NCBI GenBank assembly: GCA_013239625.1
Contig: MU053365.1
Span: forward strand, 2,328,115-2,392,114
DNA length: 64,000 nt
From: Lama guanicoe
Taxonomy: Eukaryota
Reading direction: 5' to 3'
Shown: piece by piece, positions 12,336 to 26,128 of the stretch
Layout: each line of letters opens with the position of its first letter
Position numbering within the stretch: the first letter of the stretch is position 1
Notes under the pieces: model-generated
What the model was told of the DNA's origin: nothing
The model's database searches: none
The model's input: the letters and a program-made list of their open reading frames with translations, nothing else
Made by a program: the position numbers and the translations under genes

Positions 12336-14079
12336 TAAATTATTAACACCTAGTTGTTGCATGCCATGGAAGCGATCATTTTATTTTTTTAACAGGCATC
12401 ATATTTGAAAAACATCCTGGCGGTATGGAAAGCATTGGCGTGGGAATGAGAGAATCTAGGTTTCAAACCCTACCTGGGCTCTTTATTAGCAAATGACTTC
12501 TCTGAGCTGCATCCTTTTTTCTTCACTGGAGTTGATCAGGAAAACTGCCCTCCTCATCTTCCTGGATTCTTTGCAGGTTAAATGGCAAAAGATATCCCCT
12601 AACTCCCCTTTCTTCCAGTTCTTTTTACCTACTTCTTTGTTCACTTTTGCATACAAATTTACTTCTTCCAGGTAAATTAGCTGTGATGAGAACATTAATT
12701 TAAGCGGACTGCTGTCAACATCATCTTAGAAATAAAGGTGCTAGTGTGCCTTGAAGGCCTGTACATCATCAAACTAAAAACACTGCAAATAGAGACATGT
12801 ACACCTGCAACCAATGAACCCACATGCCAAATAGGCGTCTGAGAGGATACAGGGGATGGAGGCTGGGTGGTAGGGGAACAAGGGAATGTGAGGCCTGGGA
12901 GGCAGAAGACTGCAAAGGGAATAGAGAGAGGAAGGAAAAGAAGCCAGGGACAAGAATTGAGGCTGAGGATGTAACGCCTTTGTCAACCAGCTCACATCAT
13001 TGTGGTGCTGATCCTCTGTCTATCACTATGTCTATTTCAACCCAGCCGTTTCACTTCAAAGTCCACTTTAGGAGCTAGGATCTGCTTAAGTCAAATGGAC
13101 ACTTGCTTCCTATGAAGCTCATCTTGATTAAATTCCTCCTTCACTGGTGAGCCACAAAAATGACCCAGGAAACAGGTGACCGACATCAATTGCTCAAAGA
13201 TAACCTTTAATTTGGAAATCTACTTTTTCATTTGCCAGTTGGAAGTAAACAAGGCATGGCAGTAGGGCCAAGGAAAAGCAGCTTATACTCAAGTTTCTAC
13301 TAGGAAGAGAAATTTGACCCTAGAGGTCATATTGAATTGCCATTCCTGTCACACGCCTTCCATCCATTTGGCTAGCATTTCTGGAGCACTTCCCAGGCAT
13401 TAGGCACCACTCAACACCCCTTCTCCACCAATGGGCTCGAAAAGGACCCAGCACACGCCCCTTAAGAGCTTACGGTCTAGAATGAGAGACAAGCATGCCA
13501 ATAAATAGCTGCAATAGAACATGAAATGTGCACAACTGAAACAGAAGTGTATACAAGGCTCATACAGCAGGGGTGGGGAAGAAGTGATTTACCCTAGCTG
13601 GGGCCGAGGGAGCAAGGGGAATGGCATCTAGACTGGACAGAGAACACTCACGTAAGGCCTTGAAGAATAGCTGACACATATAGAGTGCTTATTACGTGCC
13701 AGGCATCAGGCTACATTAACCCATTTGATCTTCATGACAATCCATTCTTTCTCTTTCCGCAGAAGTTGGAATGGGGATTGAGAGACATTAGTCAGTCTCT
13801 GCTAGTGGCCTGGACTGAAGACACTGAAGTGCAAGAAGTGTGAATCAGCCAGGCCAGACTGAGTGCACACTGAAACCCTCCACACTGGCCTGCAGAGAAC
13901 TGCAGAGACAAAAGAAGAACCGAGAGTGAATGAAGTGGTGTGCAAAGAAAAACAAAGATCAGAAATGGGGCGAGCAGCAAGAGAAAAGGAGAAAAGACCG
14001 CCTGCTTAAATAGGTGTTGACAAGTTTTCACTCAAATTTACATGGTCTTAGTTCAAGCAGCAATCATATGAATGGTCTA

Positions 14080-14395
14080 TTTCCAACCCCAGTCCTCCCA
14101 TCCATAGCTGACTGCACCAAGATCAGTCACGTGACCCACCTTCAGCCCTGTGGACACCAATGCAGTGAGTCAAAAATGCCTAGAGAGGCAGAGCTGATGC
14201 CACAGTAGCTAATTGAAGTCTGGGTCTCCTGAGGGCTTTCCAGCAACTGCTTTCTGTTTGTAATGCCCAGCTGCTCTCTGCCCTTGGACTCCATGAGATG
14301 CCTCAGTATCTTACCGACAAAATTCCTGGGTTTGGGCTTGTGGTATTTTAAGGTGGAAATTTCAGTTAGTTGCAACCAAAATAATCTTACCTAAA
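14080..14395 (+). mobile_element. MaLR LTR (MLT1H-like)
   Basis: cacgtgaccc..ttagttgcaaccaaaataatctta terminal motif. Confidence 0.5.
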
Positions 14396-16377
14396 ACATA
14401 ATAGCCTGGGCAATTATTTTTCAGGAGGGTAAATTTTCAGGGTACCAGCATGTTTCTGAGTGAAGCTTTTGTTTGATTCACAGCAGTGCCTTCTGACGTT
14501 GCAAAATTTGGCGGACAATAAAATGATTTCACAGAATATTATACTATTAAAGAAAAAGAACTTAAGTGCTTTGGGTAATATGACAACATTGCTCTCTGCA
14601 CTGTAGTCCCTATTTTTAGATCCTCTATTATAGGACTACTGATTTTAACAATTATAGGTAACAGAGATTGAGGCAGGTAAGAAGCAGCCATATATTAGTG
14701 ACTCCTTTGTGTGTAAAACTCAATGAACATCCAGAATGAACCAGTTAAAGGATCCCTTTATCCACACTGTTTGCCCATAAAAAAAATAAGACCCAGTTGC
14801 CACTTGATAAACTCTCCCCCAAACATTAAAACAATTTTCATTTGTGCTCAGTTTTTCCAAAAGGCTCTCATTGTGTCCTATTCATATTACAGACACTCAG
14901 GAGAGAAGAGTATTTGAGGTTGGGTGTGAAACCCATGCTCAGGAATATGAAAGTATATCCAGGCCAACTGGAAACTGAGGCCCTTATTTGTCCTTATTCT
15001 CCTTACCCTCATCTGATGAGGATTTGGAAATGGAAGCGCTTTGTAATCTCAACACCATGTAAATGTGAAGAATTAGGGGTAAAAAGGGGACGAGTTGAAG
15101 AGGAAAGTGACATTTTCACTCTTCATTTTGCACATGATGAAATGGGGGTTCCCTAAGGCTCTTAAATTATATCAATAATCATAACAGAAAAACAGCTTTC
15201 CATCCTAAAATGTGATTTTACATGTCTCAGCATTCAAACTAATTTATCAAAGGTAGCAATAAGAAAGCTTGAGCACAATGATTCAATGACAAGTTATGGA
15301 TAGTCCACGATGACATCAACTGGTGGGGAGCCATGCTACTCCCCTGCTTCCAGCAACACTTTCTGTGTTATTCTGGGTGTGAGAACTGATTCCACAATAT
15401 TTCTTTTGGATGCAACAGCTCATTCAACTGCATTGGAGGGCAAGTAATAGGACAGGGCTTTTTGATTCTCAAAGGATAAAGAGGATAAAGGAAGATAATG
15501 CCACCCAACTGCCAACCTTCCCATCACACGTATTTGCACTCAACTGTGTGAGCACAAAAGGCGCCCAGCAGAGCGGGTGAGCGGGAACTGAAATCCAGCC
15601 ATAGCTCTGTTCACGGAGCCTGGCATAATGGCCAAGAGCTACTTCCTCCCAGAGGAAGCATTTTCTGCCAGTCTGCCCCAGGGTGCTGTGCAGTCACCGA
15701 GCCCTGCAAGCCGGGAGCTATATAACTGCAGAAGGGGTAGCTTTTACTGACTCAAGGTGCCCTTGAAAAGGCACCCTATTGACTAGTGGCTCCTCTCCCT
15801 TCTCAAAGGCACAGAGTAAATCCCAGAGTAAAAGTAACTCTTGTGCAAGGAGAATAAAATGGACAAAACACCCATCTCTATGGTTCATACCTGTCAGGAG
15901 TCCCCAGAATAAAATTTATAATACAAGTGACTGATTTTTGGAGGCAACAAAATCACAGAAACTTCATTGCAGAGACAAAGGCAGTCCTTTGCTTCTGGTC
16001 ACCCCATAGGAGCTACTAAACATAGGCCTGGATCAGAGGGGACAGGTCCTCTGAGATTATGGCCTGCCCCTCTTTGTGCAGGGCTCAGTGCGACAGTTCT
16101 TGATCCCACCCATGTAGCACATCAGGAGACTCTGGGCCTGGTCTTTGCTTAGGAATCTTGGTTCTGATGGGGCAGGGAAAGGCAGATAGAAGCCTTCAGG
16201 AAATAGACACAGCACTCCAGATCCAGATTTTCTAGAAGGGACACCAAAGTTTCAGTTTTCAGCATGGTGATGGTCTTTCATGATCAGCTCTTAGCTCTCC
16301 TAATGATAGCTTTAATAGGCATTTGCTTGTGATTGACTATAAAACTATATAAATCGAGGAGATTCTCATCCATCATT

Positions 16378-16733
16378 ATGTACTGTATATTTGTGTCCCT
16401 CCCAAATTTTATGTTTAAATCCTAACATCTGATGTGATAATATTAGGTGGTGAGGCCTTTGGGAGATAATTAGGTTATGAGGGTGGAACCCCTTATGATA
16501 GGATTAGTGCCCTTATAGAAAGAGAGCTTGCTTCCTTTCTCTATTCTCCACCATGTGAGGATAACACAAGAAAATGGCCATCTGCAAACCAGGAAACAGG
16601 TCTTTGCTAGATACTGCATCTGCCAGCACCTTGATCTTGGACTTCCCAGCCTCCAGAAACATGTGAAATAAAAGTTTGTTGTGTAAGACACCTACTCTAC
16701 AGTAATTTGTTATAGCGGCTGGAATTGAGACAT
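16378..16733 (+). mobile_element. MaLR LTR (MLT1A-like)
   Basis: tttgtgtccctcccaaatttt..ggtgaggcctttgggagataattagg..ttggacttcccagcctccagaa. Confidence 0.85.
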
Positions 16734-16833
16734 CCATATTCTAATATCCTCTATGTGGGAGAGAACGTATAACTGGGGTGTTGAGTATTACATATGACTG
16801 CAGTAGGACCGTGGGGATATGGCACTTAGGTGA

Positions 16834-17392
16834 TGTGCAGGAAAGATTTAACATAGCAAGCTTGAGATTGCTATCCTTAGACAAGCTTGCCTGCAGAGTT
16901 GGCCATTGGCTGGAGTCTGGAAACTTGGATTTGGGGAGGGTTCCTCCCATTCCCTAACTGAAAACAGTGGCTCACTGTGCCTAAATTGTTTGTACAAGCA
17001 ATATAATTGATGCTGAATGCCTGCTTTCCTTTTGGAAGTCTGGAATTCTGGCACAGGCTAGGTGAAGAGTGCCTGCAATAGTAGCCTACTAAAAATCTTA
17101 AACACTGAGTCTCTAGTGAGCTTCCCTGGTAGACAACACTTTGCACATGTTGTCACAGTTTCATGCTGGAGGAGTTAAGTTCATCCTTTGTGACTCCACT
17201 GGGAGAACTGTCTTGAAAAAGTTTGCCAGATTTCCTCCAGACTTGATCCTCATGCTACTTTTCCCTTTGCTGGGTTTGCTTTGTATCTTTTTGCTGTAAT
17301 AAGTCATAGCTGTGATTGAGACCATATGCTGAGTTCTGTGAGTAATCCTACCAAATCAGTGAACCCGGGGGTGGTCTTAGAGACCCTCAGCA
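16834..17392 (+). mobile_element. LTR, MER21-like
   Basis: tgtgcaggaaagatttaacatagc..agcttccctggtagacaacactttgcacatgttgtcaca..ggggtggtcttagagaccc. Confidence 0.8.
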
Positions 17393-17999
17393 TAGGGGAA
17401 AGCATAGGAGAGTCATGGGAGTAACAGAAGGAAGGGAGTAAAAAGGTGAGATCTGCTGAGAAACAAGCAGATGCTCATAAAAATACCTTCAAACCATTGA
17501 AATATATGTTAATTTCTATCTTGTTTTTTCCTCCAATGTTTAGCAGTAACTTACAACAAGAATATGAATAATAATACAGCATGATCTCATCATACAAAAA
17601 TATACATATGGGGATGGGGAAGAAGACTGGAAAGAACACACCAAAACATTAGCAGTTGCTTTCTCCAGATGAAGTGATAGAATTCTAATGCTTAATTTTT
17701 TCCTCTTCTTGTGCTTAATGTATTTTCCACATTTTCTACAATGAGCACATTTTGCTTTTATAATGAGACTTAAAAAAGATTACACAAAATTGAATGTTAA
17801 AACATAATTAAAAATGGAAAAAAATCAGGCAAAATGCACAAAAGTGCAGGGAGCCATGACTAAGAGGAAAACATTGAAAATAGACGTTCAGACTGTAAAG
17901 ACCTAAAGCTTTTAACATTTCTGCCTCAAGTCTGACTCTTGAGTTCCCTGACAGTGAAGGAAAAAATAGAGACACAGTCCAGTCTGTCATCAAGAAGGC

Positions 18000-18522
18000 A
18001 TATTATTTCTATCACTGTATGTTAATTTGCCACAAACTCAGTGGCTAAAAACAAAACTCATTTATTAGCTCACAGTTCTGTAGCTCAGAAGTCCAGCTGG
18101 TTTCTTTGCTTAGTGTATTACAAGGCTGAAATCATGGATTCAGCCAAGACTGAGTTTTCATCTGAAGTCTCTGGGAAATCTCTGGAAAAATCTGCTCTCA
18201 ATTTCATTCTCCATGTTGTCAGAATTTAGTTCCTTGTGGTTATTAGACTGAGGTCTCAATTTCATTGCTACATGGCCTCCTATGTCTTTCAGCAAGCAAT
18301 AATATATTGTATCTTTCTTGTGCTTCAAGTTTCTGACTTCTCTGTTTATAACTTAAAAGGGTTCACATGACTAGGTCAGAACCACCCAGAGAATCTACCT
18401 TTCTTAAAATCAACTGTTCCAAATTATATAACTGAATCATAGGAATGAAATCTATCATATTCACAGTCTCGCCAGGGTGTGGGGAATCTTGAAGACCATT
18501 TTAGAGTTCTGTCTACCATACA
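18000..18522 (-). mobile_element. MaLR LTR (MLT1F/G-like)
   Basis: ccacaaactcagtggctaaaaacaa..ttagagttctgtctaccata. Confidence 0.7.
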
Positions 18523-19029
18523 TAGCATGTATTATTTTGTATGCTTTGGAAAACAGGGAAGTGAACCACTTTGCATTCACAGATATAGTCTAACCCCTCA
18601 TTCTGTGCCCAGAGATAGTCCTAATGGAAAATAGATGCCAACTTGTGTAAACATCTATCACACTCATATGCCTCTTTTAATTCTAATGTTTATATTTGAG
18701 GAAATCTGCTGAAAACGAGCTGCAAGGAAAGGAGAAGTTGGCTGGAGATTGTGGGAAGGACAGGTCCTTTAAAGCAGAATGGAAGGTGATTGACAGGAGG
18801 CAGCCACACATTGGAGGAATGAAAATTTAACTGAGAGTCTAGAATCAGCATTCCTAGTCTCTGCCTCTACCTAGTCTTGAGAACTTTTCCAAGTCCATTT
18901 CTACCTCCTTATAGGCCTAGCTTTTCTTTCCTTTTTTCTTTTTTAATATAAGGACCAGTCTGAATAAATCCAAGTGATGTCTCAGCTTCATACTTCAGAC
19001 TGCTGGATAGATGCTAATGGCACTTGTGC

Positions 19030-19180
19030 TTTGCTTCCCAAAATGTAGTTCAGGGACCAGCAGCATCAAAATCCCTTAGGAACTTGTTAGAAATTAAGTT
19101 TCAGGCTCCACCCTAGACCTACTAAATCAGAACCCGCTTTATAACCAGATTGCTGCATGAGTCATTAAAGCTGGGACACG
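19030..19180. mobile_element. hAT MER5A-like
   Basis: ggaccagcagcatc..gaacttgttagaaat..cctactaaatcagaa. Confidence 0.7.
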
Positions 19181-19351
19181 CCGCCACCGAGTCTTACTGC
19201 TCCCTTTGTGAGCACTGCTGTGCAGACTCATTACACTCCTGGGGCCCTGTGGTCTGCTTCATCTCTCACTTCCACCTCCTTAAAAATTAAAAGAACTGCT
19301 GATGATGGACTGAGGTTGTGGCTGGATGCTTATCTCACTTCAATAAGCTGC

Positions 19352-20885
19352 AGTTAAGTTGATCCTAAAATTCATATGGAAATGTAAAGGACCCAGAATA
19401 GCCACCAACACACACAAAGAACAAGGTTGGAGGACTCAAACTTCCCAATGTCAAAACTTTCTACAAAACTACAGGAATCAAGAAAGTTTAGTACTGGCAT
19501 CAGGTAGACACAGGCCAATGGAACAGAATTGAGAGTACAGAAATAAATCCATTTACCTATGTGTGATTAATTTTTGGCATGAGTGCTAAGATCATCCAAT
19601 GGGAAGGAGTAGTCTTTTCAAGAAACAGCACTGGAACACTTGGATATCCATATGCAAGAGTGTGAATTTGGACCCTTACTTCACACAATAATCAAATACC
19701 AATTCAAAATGGATCAAAAATTTCAATGAAAGAGCTAAAACAATAAAGCTCTTAGAAGTAAACATAGGAGCAAATCTGCATGTCTTTGGATTTGGCAATG
19801 GTTTCTTATGCTTGATACCAAAATCACAAGAAACAAAAGAAAAAATGGATACACTATACTGAATAAAATTAGAAACTTTTGTGCGTTAAAGAACACTATC
19901 AAGAGAGAGAAAAGACAACCCATAAATGAGAGGAATATTTGCAAAGTGTATGTCTGATGAGGATGTAACACCCAGAATATGTGAAGAAGTCTACAACTCA
20001 ACAATGAAAAGACAATCAACCCAATTAGAACCCAGACAAAGGACTTGAATATACATGGCTCCAAAGAAGATGTGTAGATGGCCAATAAACCAATGACAAG
20101 ATGCTTCACATCACTAGTTATTAGGGAGTTGAAAATCAAAACCACAATGAGACAACACTTCACACACACTAGGATAGTTAGGATAAAGAAGAAACTGGAA
20201 AGTAAGTGCTGACAAAGATGAGAAGAAATTAGAACCCTCATGCATTACTGCTGATTATGTAAAATGCTGCAGCCTCTGTGGAAAATATTTTGATAGTTCC
20301 CTAAAGTGTTAAACATAGAATTACCATATGAACCAGCAAAGGAACCCCTAGACATATACCCCCAAATAATTGAAAACATATTTTCATGCAAAAACATGTT
20401 CACAAATGTTCATAGCAGCATTATTCATGATAGGCAGCAAAAGCGAGCGCACCAGAAATGTCCATCAGCAGATGAATGGATAAACAAAAAGCAGTACAGC
20501 TGTATAAGGGAATTATATTTAGCCCTGAAAAAGAGTGAACCACCAATACAAGCTACAACACAGATGAACCTTGAAAACATCATGCTAAGTGAAAGAGGGC
20601 ACATTTTATATAATTTCATCTACATGAAATGTCCAGAATAGGTCCCTCAATATAGACAGAAAGCTGATTAATGTTGTCAGATGGCAGAGAAAGGGGGCAA
20701 TTAGAATTGAAATTGACTGCTAATAGATATGTGGTTGCAGGGGGAGTGGCAATGGAAAGTTCTAGAATTAGATAGGGGTGATGGTTATACAACATAGTGA
20801 CTATACTACAAAGCGCAGAATTGTGCATGTTCAAAAAGGTAAATTTAATGATATATGAACTCTATCTCAAAAATTAAATATATTT
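19352..20885 (+). mobile_element. 5'-truncated L1 (degenerate ORF2 C-terminal region plus 3' UTR, L1MB-like)
   Basis: ctaaaattcatatggaa..gacccagaatagcc..aaaaccacaatgagac..aaccttgaaaacatcatgctaagtgaaaga; explains ORFs at 19735-20834. Confidence 0.92.
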
Positions 20886-21644
20886 TAAAAAGCAACAGAG
20901 TCCACTTCTTGATTCTGGTCCTCTGACCTCCGGCATCAGAGGCCAAGCTAGGATCTCTGCTCACTACACACTGAGGGAGGAGGCAGAAAGGAGACAGCAT
21001 TTAGTCAGATTAAGAGAAATAAAATTCAATCACAACATGAAGTGGGGCGATGAAATTCCTTCTCATTCAGAGGGAATGTATCAACTGTAAAAACGAAACT
21101 CTTTTCTCTTCTAGGGATAGAAGCAAATGCTGCTTTTCTCAGTCAGAGTGTCAGCTGGTCCCTTCCTAAGGAAAGGAATTCAATCATCTAGTTGTTTGGT
21201 CTCCAAGCCAGTCGACAGGATTTTTTTTTTCCTCTCCCCACTGAATGGACTGTTTTCAAACTTCTGTTGGTGATGAATTAGTTCACTGCCATCTGCGAAA
21301 AGCCTAGAAGCTGGTGGGGTCAATGAAATGTACTCTGAGACACTCTTGATCGGGTGTTCTGCCAAAGAAGCTGTAATGGGAGAAGGACTGATTTTCTTTT
21401 CCTTTTTTGCAAATATGGTAAGTCTCAGTGTTTTAGAAAAGCATTTTGTGATGTCTCAAGTGAGGATGAGGCTTCTCACTTCCTAACACATTTATATTCC
21501 TCTTTACCTAGATAACTGCTTCTCATCGTATGTCTCAGCTTCGACATCACCACTATAATGCAGCTACAGCAGAACACCTGCAACTGACGAGGGGCCAAGG
21601 GGGAGCTTGGTATTTTAGCCTGCTCCAAACAAGAGAAGAACCTT

Positions 21645-22273
21645 GCATTCATTTTCTATTTTTGCATAGCAAATTACTGCACACTTAGCAGCTTAAAACA
21701 ACACATCTTTATCACCTCACAGTTTTGGGCAGTCAGCAGTCTGAACTGGATCTTCTGCTCAGGGTCCTATAAGGCTGCAGTCACATGTGTCAGCTAGGCT
21801 ATGTGCTAATCTGGAGTTTGGGGTCCTCTTCCAAACTCATCTAGGTTGTTGACAGAATTCAAATTCAGTTTCTTGCTGCAGAAGGACAGAGGACCTTGGC
21901 TCCTAATGGTTTCCCCTTTACATAGGCAGTTCACAACCTACTAGTTGGTTTCTTCAAAGCCAGCAAGACAGCATGTCTGCTGTTTTGAGACTTTGACTTT
22001 CAGGAAGGCCTAAGCCCTTAAAAAAGAAAAAACCTGATTAGGTCAGGCCCACCTAGTATGCTCTCTCTTTTTGACCTGTGAAAATCAACAGATTGGGGAT
22101 TCTACTTACATCTGAAAAGTTCTTTCACATTTTCCATATAATGTAACATAATCACAAGAGTGATATCACATCATATTCACACACCTTGCCCACACTCAGG
22201 GAGAAAGGATTATGCAGAGTATGTACACCAGGGGTAGGAACTTGGGGACCATTTCTGAATTCAGTGTATTACA
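21645..22273 (-). mobile_element. MaLR LTR (MLT1E/F-like)
   Basis: cacacttagcagcttaaaacaacac..cttggggaccatttctgaattc. Confidence 0.75.
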
Positions 22274-23289
22274 GACCCCTTGGTCTTACTTTGGGGACCA
22301 CTCTTCCTCAGTCCATGAGACTTGGGTGAGGCTGACCCCAATGACCACAATTCTCTAACTGATTTTTATAGAGAATCCATTCATGAGCTATTTTTTGTCG
22401 AGTACAAGGTAGATCATGTCTGGCTGCCATATAGGGAACCCAAGAGACCACCTGGTACAGGCAAAAGTACACTGATCCTTGTGTCAGACAAACCTGGATT
22501 GGAGAGCCCTGCTTTACCATTTCTTCTCTGTGTGACCTTAGGTAAGTCTTATAATCTCTTTGACCCCAGCTCCCTGTGTGTGCAAGTGTTGTTGTGAGGC
22601 ATTAAAACAATGATTGAGAAAATAAATATTGAGCAGCAGAATCCCAGCCCTTGTTATGTTTGCAATACAACTAAAATTAAAGAATTGTAATAAATGTATG
22701 CATCTTACTAGAGCTTTGTTTTTACAAATTTTCTGGTGGACTTCTGAAACAGAGGCACAGTGCATTATGCTGGCCAGCATGTTTATGAGTGACTTTCATA
22801 AGAGCCAGAGGGCCCGTGGAAAAAGTACCTCTAAGTGCATAAACCTTTGAAGAAGAAAAGCCCATTTGCTCTGGAATTCTAACACCTCCAGAATTCCAGG
22901 CCTCCAGACAATACAAAGTGGTTGTGTTTTCGCCTGAGGTCCTAAATTAGCTGCTGCCTGGATTTAGCTCACTGGACCAAAGACTCAGGCACCCTCTGTT
23001 ATTAGACCTACAGATCTCAATGATCAGTGTCTGATACAGAAATCTCCTAACTTTCCAGAAGCATCACTTACATACTTGCCTGGGCAAAGGCCACATCTAA
23101 TGATTGTGTACTGCACGTGCACAGGCACGCACACACACACATACACACGCAGCAGCAACATTCTTACTTCAACAAAATAGATGCTACTATCATTAATTTT
23201 ACTAATAGTATAAGTTAACTGCTATTAACATGACCACAAAAGATTCCTCCTCTCAAAGACCGAGAAACAGAGAGAGATAATGAGGCAAA

Positions 23290-24110
23290 ACCTCTTTTTC
23301 TTCTAACCTTCCTTATCTTAGTAAATGGCACCACTTAGTTACCTAATTTGCACAAGCCCAGTACTTGAGAGCTACTTCATCCTCGCCTCCATACCCCATG
23401 CACTAGCAAGTCTTGTTGGCTCTGCCACTAATACACATATTCCACATCACTTCTCTCCATCTGCACTGCTACCAGTCTAGCCCAAGCCACTGTCGTCTCT
23501 TGTCTAAGTAATTATAATAGTCACCTAACTGGTCCTTTGACTTTTACTCTAGCTGGTTGCACTACAGCTCAATTTCCATGTAGCAGTCAAAATTATTTTT
23601 TTAAGGTTTAACCGTATCATGCCACCCCTCCCTGCTTAAAATCTTAAACTGTCTTACATCTTAGTCCAAAATACTTGATGTGACCAGAAAATCTCAGCAT
23701 CATCTGGCTCCCGACTCAGTCTCCAACCTCATCGAATCCTACATTCACCAACCAGTCTAGCTACATTGGCCTGTTTGTTAACATGCTGAATATTATTTCC
23801 TTCTCAGAGTCTATGCCCTGGTTGTTCCCTCTACCCGGGGCATTCTTCTCCTTGAACTTGGCACCTACATGTGGTTTCCTTAGCCATCCGGGTCTTAGTT
23901 CAAATGCCACCTGCTCAGTAATAGCTTTTCAAGTCACCCAATCTAAATGAGACCTAATTCTCAGACCGTCACTATCAAGTCACCTTGATTACATTCTTCA
24001 GAACAGTTTGCATTATTTTCTTCTCTATAATATTCACCTTTATGTTTATAACTTCACTCCCCACTAGAATGTAAGCACCATGAAAGCAAGGACCTTATGG
24101 ATCTTATTCA
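23290..24110 (+). mobile_element. LINE-2 fragment including 3' end
   Basis: cttagtaaatggcaccac..ccactagaatgtaagcaccatgaaagcaaggacc. Confidence 0.8.
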
Positions 24111-24689
24111 ATTTTATGTCTTCTGAACTTAGATGACTCTTTGGTATGTATCAGTGGTATTTGTATCCAAATATATATGTATTTGACATAAATTAGGGGA
24201 AATTTGTTAAATGGGTTTCCTGCATTTTCAGATGAGGAAAGAAGCTTGAAGAAATTATAGAATTGTCCTGGAGTTATACAGCTAGTAAACATCTTTGCAG
24301 CTTTGACTACCTCTGCAAAACAAAGAATAATAATAGTAACCACTTCTGTAACAGTATGTGCCAGGCACTGGCCTCATTGAATCTTCCTAAACTCTCTAAG
24401 GCATAGAGTATTTAGTGGGGTGGTGGGGGGAGGGTCAGCAAATAATGATCGATTTATGCACATTTCACAATTCAATGCAGTCAGTCAGATATGTCTCTTC
24501 TATCAAACGGCTCGGCCAGCTTCTTGGGCCTTAGAATCTGGGTTCTTTGCAACTGGATTGCAAAGGAAGAGAAAATGATAAATAACACCTCCTGATGTGT
24601 AAGGGCCAGATGGTCCCCTTCATGTTCACCAACATGAAAGAACAGGTAAAACATTTTCCATAAGTTTGAAACAAAGTATGCCCAGCCAC

Positions 24690-24959
24690 CCAGATCGCAA
24701 ACGTGGGGGGTGGGGGGAAGAGGCGCTGCGCACGGAAGTGGTTCCTATTCCTCCACATTTCATTGGCCAGGACTCCGCCACGTGACCCACCCTACGCCAG
24801 AAGAGGGCGGGGCCATGTAGAGCTTCCTGCAAGCGCCGGCGCGAGAGAGCGCGATCGCTCCGCTGGACGGTGGGTGCGGCTGAGGAGACCGTTATTCCTC
24901 CTGACGAGACTGTTGGTTCTGGAAAGTCCCGGCCACGAAGGGGAAGAAGTTTGTCGCGG
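24690..24959 (+). promoter_or_regulatory. CpG-rich promoter and first exon
   Basis: Only CpG-dense patch in the window; ETS CGGAAGTG 24733-24740, reverse CCAAT 24762-24766, E-box CACGTG 24779-24784, GC box 24805-24812; donor GG|GTAAGT with GT at 24960-24961. Confidence 0.75.
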
Positions 24960-25600
24960 GTAAGTCAAAAAACTGAGGAGGAAAGAGGCTTTTTTCTTCA
25001 CAAGCGTAACTATTTTACAAGTAAATGCTCTTTCTTTTGTCTTTACCTTTTTTTTTTTTTTTTTTTTTTTTTTAAGAACTCAGCCCCTGATTTCTCCAGC
25101 AACTGTGGTGATTCTCTTTTTCCCTATTTGCTTTAGTCCCGTTTCTTTCCATCTCTCAAAATTCAGCTTTTCACGGACGCGCGCGGGCTTTGCTGTTAGA
25201 AATGTGAACCATGTAATTTCTAAATCTCAAAGGTTTTCTTAAAATATATTGTATTAAAATGTGTATTCTTATTGTGGAATATTAGCTTAAATAACAAAAG
25301 TTCGATCTATAGAAAATAGAGAATTTGAAAGTAATGGAATAGAATTCTTTATAAATACTTAGACAAAGTCTAAAAACAGGCATTTTCACCACTGTAAGGG
25401 AAAAGAAAATGCAGCCGGGGAAGATTCAAGTAGATTGAACCATATAGAGGTAAACTGAAAAACTGAAAATCTTGAGATATTTTTCTCTAATATCACAGGT
25501 AATTAATTTTAAAGGAGGAAATATCTTGCTTTAGAAGTGATTTTTTATTTTTCACTCTTAAACTTTTTCTTTGGGAATTATTTCAGACTTTAAAAACTCT

Positions 25601-25730
25601 GCGGGGGTGGGGAAGGGGTATAGCTCAGTGGTGGAGCGTGTGCGTAGCATGTACGAGGTCCTGGGTTCAATCCGCAGTACCTCCATTAAAAAATAAAATA
25701 AGTAAATAAATCTACCCCCCCCATTTTTTA
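25601..25730 (+). mobile_element. tRNA-Ala-derived SINE
   Basis: ggggtatagctcagtggtggagcgtgtgcgtagcatgtacgaggtcctgggttcaatccgcagtacctcca (25615-25685) with A/B boxes and an A-rich tail. Confidence 0.9.
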
Positions 25731-26064
25731 AAAGAACATTGAAAGATGTGAATAGTATGAGCAAACCATAGTCCGTTTACCCAGATTTCACTTTTTGTAT
25801 TTTCTAGTTTACTCTGTTTGCTTCATCATTTACTCTCAAGCTTTCTGAACCTCTTGAGAGGTAGTTGTGTGCACCATGGCCCCTTTATGTTAAATATAAA
25901 GTGTGTATTTCCGCAAAATAGAGGGATTTTGGGAGGTATATATGGAGATTGTATTTACATAGTACCATGGCATCGTGAAGAGCAACGAGCCACAGCATTT
26001 AATACCTGTTGTTGCAAGCCTCGTATTTTATGGTGATTGTTTCTCTTTCTTTTCTTTCTGCTAG

Positions 26065-26128
26065 ACTTACTGCTATTGAGGGCAAGGACCATAGCTGATT
26101 ACCTCCGAATCCCTGTGCCTGGCGCATG
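26065..26128 (+). other. Candidate internal exon derived from an L2 3' end
   Basis: Pyrimidine tract plus ctag acceptor (to 26064); ATG|GTAAGT donor at 26129; body gagggcaaggacc..tgcctggc is L2-like. Confidence 0.5.

Noticed and set aside
14126..14135. Perfect CLEAR/USF palindrome GTCACGTGAC
   Set aside because: Lies in an MLT1-like LTR where a similar motif is ancestral; no promoter context.
19735..20241. 168-aa hydrophobic ORF
   Set aside because: Antisense reading of degenerate L1 ORF2.
25615..25685. Apparent tRNA-Ala gene
   Set aside because: Carries substitutions relative to tRNA-Ala, a G-rich leader and SINE tail, and four sibling copies have TSDs; it is a SINE head.
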